Assembly: GCF_002105155.1 (NCBI RefSeq)
Contig: NW_019029023.1
Location: 248,001-312,000 of the forward strand
DNA length: 64,000 bases
Direction of reading: 5' to 3'
DNA from: Lobosporangium transversale
Taxonomy: Eukaryota
Under the pieces are notes generated by a model. It made no database searches and was not told the DNA's origin. It saw only the letters and a list, made by a program, of their open reading frames with translations. The position numbers and the translations under genes were made by a program. Below are positions 10,893 to 18,611 of the stretch, in pieces (within the stretch, counting starts at the first letter, position 1; the number at the start of each line of letters is the position of its first letter).

Positions 10893-13658
10893 ATGACAGA
10901 ACCTCAATACCAACAATTCCGATACAACAACGTCCTCGAGGAAGTTTGTATCAGAACTGCCTCCATCTCCACAAGCAATGGCAACTTGTCGTGCTATGTG
11001 ACCTTGCAAGACATTCGACAAGTGTTTCCAGGTGCGCACCGATTCAAACTAAATGGGCATCCTGTCCCTTTCCTTGCAGACCATAACGGCAACTGGTAAA
11101 TTATATATAATTATGGCGACTTTGTCAATTGCTCTGAAAAATAAAAAGAACCCAATTTGACAATTTGGCACGTCTTTTTTTCTAATAGGATCGAACCTTT
11201 GCGCATTGCATCCTATCCTGGCATGATTCTAGACGTCTTTGCGGAAGTATCACAGTCCAGTAGTGGCAACAGCGAAAGCAACAGTAGCAGCAATGCCGTT
11301 GTCTATTTGCCGACATCGATAGACTCGGTGAATCTGACTGCTCAGGATCCTTCTTTGCCTTCATCAAACTTGGTTCAAGCTTACAACCCATCTCTTATTG
11401 CTCAAAGGTTGGAAGAAATTAAAGAGTTGGCACTAGAGGGGATTAAACTGCATCATCAAGCCCTTGACAGACTTGCCATCCTTCAACAGAAAGCTGATGC
11501 TATCCTTGTCCAGACCTTTGAGCTACATGAGTATCCAATCCCTCGACTCTTTATCATTCTGCCTGTTGACAGCACCAACTGGGACCCGATGAATATCTTG
11601 AGGAACAAGGTTCGCCTTCACTTCCTATGTGAATGTGAGGATCGCTCTGAAAAGGCAAGCAAAGACAGCCAGAAGAACAAAACCCATCTTGCCAGACATG
11701 AAGGATATGAGATCCGAAACAGCACAGAGTTCTTCCAAAAGTATGGGAAATACATGATCATCCTTTTACAGTGCCTCAGCGTAGGGATGCCTTTGGCTGC
11801 CTCGCTTGGGTCAGTCCCAGATCTCAAAGCCGGTATTGATTATTCACTCGACTATATGAGAACACTTTCTGTTGAGTATCCGGCCCTGAAAGACATCAAC
11901 ACAATCGAGGACTATGAAGCACTTGAAGGAGCAGATCTCCGAGGACTGAGCAAATTCCTTCAAACCAATGATGAAAACAGGCAGCTTGGCAATTTGTACA
12001 GGACTACGACCGAAAGGGGGCATGTCAAATGGGTTTGTGTCGATCACTATCGCTCAACGTATAAAGAGAAAGAACAGAAATCGTTTGAAGATGTTGTGGC
12101 GATGAATGGAGGCAAATATGACTCACAGCTCGGTAAAGTGGTCATTGAGTTGGAATCTAGGATCAGAGCTAGAGAGTTCTTCGAAGCCTTGACCAAAGCT
12201 AAACATATTTACGAGTTGGAGATCACATTCAGCAAGGACTGGGATTGGACCAGGACTGATCTGGAAGCGCTGAAGAATGCACTAAGCGTATCGAGTGTAT
12301 CGATCCTTCGACTTGACCTTGGAGAATCTCAAGGAAGCATAGTCAGGAAACTACTTTCAACAAGGCATGAAAAACTTGTAGGCATCATAGAACTTAACAA
12401 TATGAAGACGATTCATGTTGTACTTCCTCCGGAAGCCAAACATCTTTCCAATCTACAAAGCGTAAAATCGTCACATCTTCACAAGTTATCCATTGGGATG
12501 AGGCCTCGAAGGATGAGAGCTAGTGAATTTCCACCGCTTATAAATTCACTCGAGGCTTTGGCCACTTTGGACTTAGCATCTAACTCGATTGGGAATAAAG
12601 AGTCCCTCGCACTTTCAAAGGCACTCAAGACAAACACCAGTCTGACCGATTTGGTCTTGAGTTACAATTCAATTGGGGATGAAGGAGCTCTGGCACTGTC
12701 AAAGGCACTCAAGACAAACTCCAGTCTGGCCAATTTGAACTTGATGAGCAACTCTATTGGGGATGAAGGAGCTCTGGCACTGTCAGAGGCACTCAAGACA
12801 AACTCCAGTCTGAGCATTTTAGATCTGCGAAGGAACTCAATTGGGAAGAAGGGGGGTCTGGCACTCATGGATACGCTCAACAGTGGCACGGCTTTAAGCA
12901 CTTTAGGTTTGTGGGGCAGCTTAGTTGGAAAAGGAGAGGTTCATGCGCTGTCAGAGGCACTCAAGACTAATACCAGTCTGACCAATTTGAACTTGTACGG
13001 CAACTCAATTGGGAAAGAAGGAGCTCTGGCACTGTCAGAGGCACTCAAGACAAACACCAGTCTGACCAATTTGAACTTATACAATAACTCAATTGGAGAT
13101 GAAGGAGCTCTGGCACTGTCAGAGGCACTCAAGACAAACACCAGTCTGACCATTTTGGACTTGAGTTGGAACTCAATTAGGAATGAAGGAGCTCTGGCAC
13201 TGTCAGAGGCACTCAAGACAAACTCCAGTCTGACCAATTTGAACTTGTACGGCAACTCAATTGGGAAAGAAGGAGCTCTGGCACTGTCAGAGGCACTCAG
13301 GACAAACACCAGTCTGGCCAATTTGAACTTGACGGACAACTCAATTAGGAATGAAGGAGCTCTGGCACTGTCAGAGGCACTCAAGACAAACACCAGTCTG
13401 ACCAATTTGAACTTACGATACAACTCAATTGGGAATGAAGGAGCTCTGGCACTGTCAGAGGCACTCAAGACAAACACCAGTCTGACCGGTTTGAACTTGT
13501 ACAATAACTCAATTAGGAATGAAGGAGCTCTGGCACTGTCAGAGGCACTCAAGACAAATACCAGTCTGACCGATTTGGACTTACGGTACAACTCTATTGG
13601 GGATGAAGAAGCTCTGGCACTGTCAGAGGCACTCAGGGCTTTAAAGGTTTCTGTATGA
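10893..13658 (+). CDS. LRR-family paralogue 2, intact: header + coiled coil + central domain + about 13 x 28-aa RNI-like LRRs (exons 10893-11095, 11189-13658)
   Basis: The MTEPQYQQFR ORF joins the 833-aa ORF through a 93-nt GT..AG intron (TG|G = W-IEPLRI). Repeats read LxxLxLxxNSIGxEGALALSEALKTNTS. Confidence 0.9.
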
Positions 13659-14519
13659 GGAATACTTTAATCGATAAGTAAATAACTCTGGTGCTGTTAA
13701 TGCCGCTTATTATTGGCTGGCGTTGATTTAGTTGGTTGGTTTGATCATTGAAGTAGTGATGAGGTCTTAGTGGTTACGGATAGTAGTTTGATTTGGATTA
13801 AAAGCTGACTTACGGCAGCTAAGCGTCCGTAGCAGCGCTGCTTTTTTTTTTTTTTCTTTTTTTTCTTTTTTGATCGATTCTTCCTCCCCTCGCTTGCTAA
13901 TGGCTCTAGCATGCGTGGATTATTGAAAGCTCATCCTTTTGTAGCCTCTCTCTAAAGGCAAACCAAATATGGCCATCAAATGCATTATAAAGACAGAGAG
14001 ACGTGTGAGCATCAAAGAAAAGTGTCCAAGGGAATTTGGGTTTTCTATTTATTAGCCCCAAGGGAAACTAAGAGAAAATAAGATGGGGAAATATCATCCC
14101 GTCATCAAAGGATGGGAACCACGAGTGTTCCCTACTCTTCAGTATACCCTAAAGAAACTTATAAACTGTACAGCAAGACCGGACGCTTGCTGAATCAGAT
14201 GCAAAGAGTACCAAAGAGGATATAAGTGCCAGAGACATCTAGAAGTGTGTGTGGCAGTCAAAGTAGGGTCCTAACGAAGGAGTAGGCTGTTGTGGGATGT
14301 CATCCCGGTAAGGACCACCTAAAGTTAGACAGAAGAGAACTAAAAGGCGATGTTCTCCACTGAGGCCATAATTGGTAGGAGTGAGGTCCTTTGGCCAGAA
14401 GCTTTATTACAAATGGTTGCAAAAAAGACACGCTGAATGGGTGGTCTCTAATTGAAGGGTCTACATAGAGCAACCTAATACATATTTTTTTTATCCATAC
14501 ATTTTTCAAAGCAGTTTTT

Positions 14520-14669
14520 CTTTTATGCTCATCTCTACGCCTGTGAAGCTCCAAGGTCCTCCTTGGCATATTTCTATAAGTCCTGTAATGAATGACTTTG
14601 TAATAAAAGAAAACAGAGACAATATATACTCACCATGAGAAATATATTACTCGTATATAATGAGTCCAG

Positions 14670-14730
<61 letters not shown>

Positions 14731-15083
14731 TATGGCTGTGAATCTTGAAGAATTCGACCTTCTGCTTTTTATTAGATTTGGCATAGCAACACTTAAAGTC
14801 CTATATCTTCTTACATGTTCATGCTACAGTCGTGATTGCATAGAATGTGTTTTATGCTGGAGACAGATATGAAGTCAAAGTGACTAGCCATCAAATGAAG
14901 ATGAAGGCTATTTTTCCAGTTCAGTTCTTCAGCGAATCTCCCAACAAACAATAAGCCCGATGCTAACAGATACCACAGAGCTGAGGTTACCCAATTGTAC
15001 ATTATTGGCGAGAAATAACCAAGAGCGGGGCAAATTTTGTAAAAATCCCTTCTAGTCTTATTGTGCCATACACCAACACACAA
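14520..15083 (-). mobile_element. Highly decayed Tc1-like transposase relic (second copy at about 40266-40800, +)
   Basis: YRNMPRRTLELHRRR resembles YESMPRRVEELHRKK of the intact Tc1 here. SSIKHILCNHD resembles SPIEHVWAYMD. The segments are collinear. Confidence 0.5.
14672..14731. repeat. (TTA)n microsatellite, about 20 units
   Basis: Direct reading. The duplicated copy at about 40619-40640 has only about 7 units. Confidence 0.9.
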
Positions 15084-15806
15084 AAAAATGAGTCCAAGGT
15101 AACCGATCAGTCAACTTTTCTTTTTTGCTACTTAGGAACCTATCTATGTATATAGGCACTGGCCATACTTGTAGTAAATAAAGCCCCCATCTATATACGC
15201 CAAAATTGTGTATGGTTTAATTTCAACTTGACCCCTTATTATGCCAGTTCAATATAGACTTTCATTAAACCTCTTGTGCCTCCATGACATCCTAGATAAA
15301 GACCTTTATCGCCTGAAGGAGCTAAGAAGGGGTCATTAGTGCTATACTATGTCCGATAGGGTAAATTCAGTAGTATTCAAAGCCAGCAGGATCAGGCGTC
15401 ATCGCAGGCGATGTACGATTCGAGAATGGGCGACACAAAACGCGTAGTGGCAGTAAATAAATTGGAAACAATGTTGATATTACTGCAAGTAAACAACAAT
15501 AACAACAACAGCATCTTATCTTCCATGAAGAGATCACCTTGAAGGGCCAACCAATCTGAGATCTCCCAGGAGGATCGACTCAGCTTCTGGATGTAGGAAG
15601 AAGCCTGGCGACTTGTGAAGTATTTCTTCCCACCAAAGGTATGTTGGTCCCTTAGGCTGCAGGCAGTAACTTTTCACTCATGTAGACAAAATGGAGCGGG
15701 AGAAAAAATTACACATGTCTCATTTCGCGCATTTTTATTTTAATTTTATTTTATTCTTTTTTTATACAGATAACGTAAAGTATATGTACCCAAAGCTGTG
15801 TCCTGT

Positions 15807-16311
15807 TTAGTGCCTGGTTCTGAGTGCCTCTGATAGAGCCAGGTATACTTCCTTCGCGATTGACATATGACTCAATTCCAACCTTGTCAAAGTGGTGTTG
15901 ATCTTGAGTACCTCTAAAAGTACGAGAGCTCCCTCATTCCCTACTGAGTTCCGAAACAAGTTCAAATTTGTCAAAGTCTTGTTGGTTTTGAGCGCCTCTG
16001 AGAATGCGATGGCCCCTCTGTTCCCTACTTTGTTGTCCCCCAAGCTCAAGTCTGTCAAGGCGGTGTTGACCTTGAGTGCCTCTGAGAGTGCGAGGGCTCC
16101 ATTCTTCCCAATCAAGTTACTCCCCAAGCCCAAACTTGTCAACGCCGTATTGATCTTGAGTGTTTCTGAAAGTGCTATGGCTCCTTCGTTCCCGATTGAG
16201 TTATTCCACAGGCTCAGATTTGTCAAAGCCTTGTTGGTCTTGAGCACTTCTGAGAGTGCGAAGACCCCTTCCTTGCCAATTGAGTTCCAAATCAAGTTCA
16301 AACTTGTCAGA
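15807..16311 (-). pseudogene. Orphan 3' LRR cassette (about 6 LRRs + stop, no N-terminal domains)
   Basis: LTSLNLIWNSIGKEG...LALSEALRTRH*. Upstream sequence is unrelated and has no ATG or header. Confidence 0.75.
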
Positions 16312-16957
16312 GTCTGGCGCGTAATTGCAGAATTTATGCCCTTCAGTTATCGCACTGGATCATCTCACCAATCGAAAGCTCTGGGATATGGGATCGATGC
16401 TGCTACCAGCCACCATCCCTTTGCATCATGCGAGTGATACCCTCAGTTTCACTCTGATATTATATTAATATATCAGCATTTCTATTGCAAGTTTTTTTTT
16501 TATTTTTATTTTTTTATTTTTTTTTATTTTTGGATAAATGCATTCTATACCCTTCCAAAAATAATCAGACCTCAATGGCGGGTATCTTCAGTCCTCGATA
16601 AATGGTAAAACCAGACCTCAATGATACAGTGGTCATCAAAAGTCATTCAATGATTTTGAATTTTTAACATTCTCATTCCTTTTCTTCATTCTCATCTAGC
16701 ATGTGGCTAGTATATTTGGGGTAGTGCATTTGTTCCCCACACCTCATGATTACTTTCATGTCTCATTCCTAATTATGACTTCATTGTGAAATAAAACCAA
16801 TTTCAATTTGACCTGTCTATTGAATGACTTTGCTGATTTTGAATGTTGATTGCAAAAAAAACTTTTTCACTTCTCTTTTTTCTACCAAGATTACCTTCAG
16901 CTATATCTTCATACACCTCTACTTACAATTAACATTCCACATCGCTTAGTATTTATT

Positions 16958-17977
16958 ATGAGGAGGCTTTCTATGGGAAAGGTACAAAATGCTCAGGCCT
17001 TACTTCGACAAGGGAAGTCTACAAGCGAAGTGGCAAGGCAACTTGGTATCTCTATTTCATCGGCAATAAGGATCAGGAGGGACGTCAAGGACAATATTCC
17101 TAAACCCAGAATGGGCAGACCCTCATTGGTTTCCCCTGCTACCAAGAGGGTAATTGCACGCGAGGTTGATACGGGGAAACTTAGATCCATTCTGGCAGTT
17201 CAAGAATACATCAGATCGAGCCATGGAGTGCATGTCAGTGTAGAGACTGCCCGACGCTATGTAAAATCAGAGGGTTTGAAAAACTATGTCCGCCCATTCA
17301 AGCCTAGGCTGACAAAAATGCAGATTGCGAAAAGGAAGAATTTTGCCCTCAACCACCTTGACTGGACTGTTGATGACTGGAAGCGAGTGATGTTCTCGGA
17401 CGAAAAGCTTTTTGTAAGGCTAGGGTCCTTAGGAGGAAGAACACAATATAGGCGACCCGGCCACAGGTCTTTAGAAGATCGAGATGTTAGAGAGGGATCA
17501 AGGGGAGCACATAACAAACCTATGTGGTGGGGCTGTATCACTTATCATGGTATAGGCGATGGTTGCAGGATCCCTGTCACAGTTGATTCCTCTTTATATG
17601 TTGATGTTCTACAAGATTATGTCCTCGGCTCATGGAAGTGGTATGGCCAGGACCCTGAAAAGTTAATTTTTCAGCAGGACAATGCAAGTGTTCATACGAG
17701 TAGGATGGTTAAAGAGTTCTTTATTAAGTCACACATTACCACTTTGGAGTGGCCTCCAAATTTTCCTGACCTCAGCCCTATCGAGCATGTATGGGCCTAC
17801 ATGGATCATCGACTCAAGGGATATGAGAAGGTACCAAAGGATCTGGATGAACTATGGGAAAGACTACAGGATATCTGGACATCTATTCCACCTGACTTCC
17901 TTCATGAGCTATATGAAAGTATGCCACGAAGGGTAGAGGAGCTTCATCGCAAGAAAGGAGGTCGTACACATTACTGA
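16958..17977 (+). CDS. Tc1-family DD34E transposase (339 aa)
   Basis: N-terminal HTH (STSEVARQLGISISSAIRI), FSDEK, FQQDNASVH and PDLSPIEHVW. I count 34 residues between the second D and the E. Confidence 0.93.
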   Translation: MRRLSMGKVQNAQALLRQGKSTSEVARQLGISISSAIRIRRDVKDNIPKPRMGRPSLVSPATKRVIAREVDTGKLRSILAVQEYIRSSHGVHVSVETARRYVKSEGLKNYVRPFKPRLTKMQIAKRKNFALNHLDWTVDDWKRVMFSDEKLFVRLGSLGGRTQYRRPGHRSLEDRDVREGSRGAHNKPMWWGCITYHGIGDGCRIPVTVDSSLYVDVLQDYVLGSWKWYGQDPEKLIFQQDNASVHTSRMVKEFFIKSHITTLEWPPNFPDLSPIEHVWAYMDHRLKGYEKVPKDLDELWERLQDIWTSIPPDFLHELYESMPRRVEELHRKKGGRTHY

Positions 17978-18004
17978 AGAACAGAAAAAAAAAAACAAAT
18001 AAAG

Positions 18005-18102
18005 CAGTGCTCCTATTCGGTTTAAAATTTTGTCAATTATGATGTTTCAGATTAAAAAAATAAATATCAATTGACAAAATTTTAAACCGAATAGGAGCAC
18101 TG
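18005..18102. repeat. Perfect 34-bp inverted repeat with 30-nt spacer in the Tc1 3' region
   Basis: CAGTGCTCCTATTCGGTTTAAAATTTTGTCAATT at 18005-18038 and its exact reverse complement at 18069-18102. Confidence 0.9.
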
Positions 18103-18611
18103 AAATAAAGCAAAGCTCCTGTTTTTCTTCAAATGTCATTCAATGAGATGCCAATAATTGGCATTCATCTAAATTTTCAATTAGCAACAGGAGCTCATTG
18201 ACATTGTAGTAGGCGTGACATTGTCGATGGTCGAACTCGCTACGTAAGTTTCATTAGCGACAAGCAAGATCAAATTGGAGAAAGGAATGAGAATGTCGAA
18301 ATTCCTAATTCATTGAATGATTTTTGATGACCACTGTATGTGAAACAATCATAGTTTTCGTATGCTCGAGTAAAACCATTCGTCTTCTGCATATGAATAT
18401 TTGACCTGATTTCAGCTTGTTGTGTACTTTTATTACTTGCGGAGATCCTACTTAAGATGGCTTCCTTCAAGCGTTCCATGCTCACTCAACAATGGCTTTT
18501 ATGAAGCAAGCAATGTGCGGATTATGGGCAAGGGACTACATTTTGTTATCCAAGGAGAAGGATTAAAAACCAACGTTACTGTGGGTCTTTTGGTTGCCGC
18601 AAGACAGTTGT

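Larger units (their letters stand above)
10205..16626 (+). repeat. Arm A of inverted segmental duplication (partner 38736-46558)
   Basis: Coding and non-coding sequence match the reverse complement of 38736-46558 nearly base for base, from ATCCTAG at 10205 to CTCAATGATA at 16626. Confidence 0.93.
16627..18336 (+). mobile_element. Tc1/mariner DNA transposon (1710 bp) with TA target-site duplication
   Basis: TA|CAGTGGTCATCAAAAGTCATTCAATGA at the left end and TCATTGAATGATTTTTGATGACCACTG|TA at the right. The TIR continues imperfectly to about 60 bp. An intact transposase lies inside. Confidence 0.95.

Noticed and set aside
12945..13635. Constant-repeat / variable-spacer pattern superficially like a CRISPR array or a DGR target
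   Set aside because: The units are in-frame coding LRRs in a eukaryote. There is no cas gene or reverse transcriptase, and the variation is not adenine-specific.
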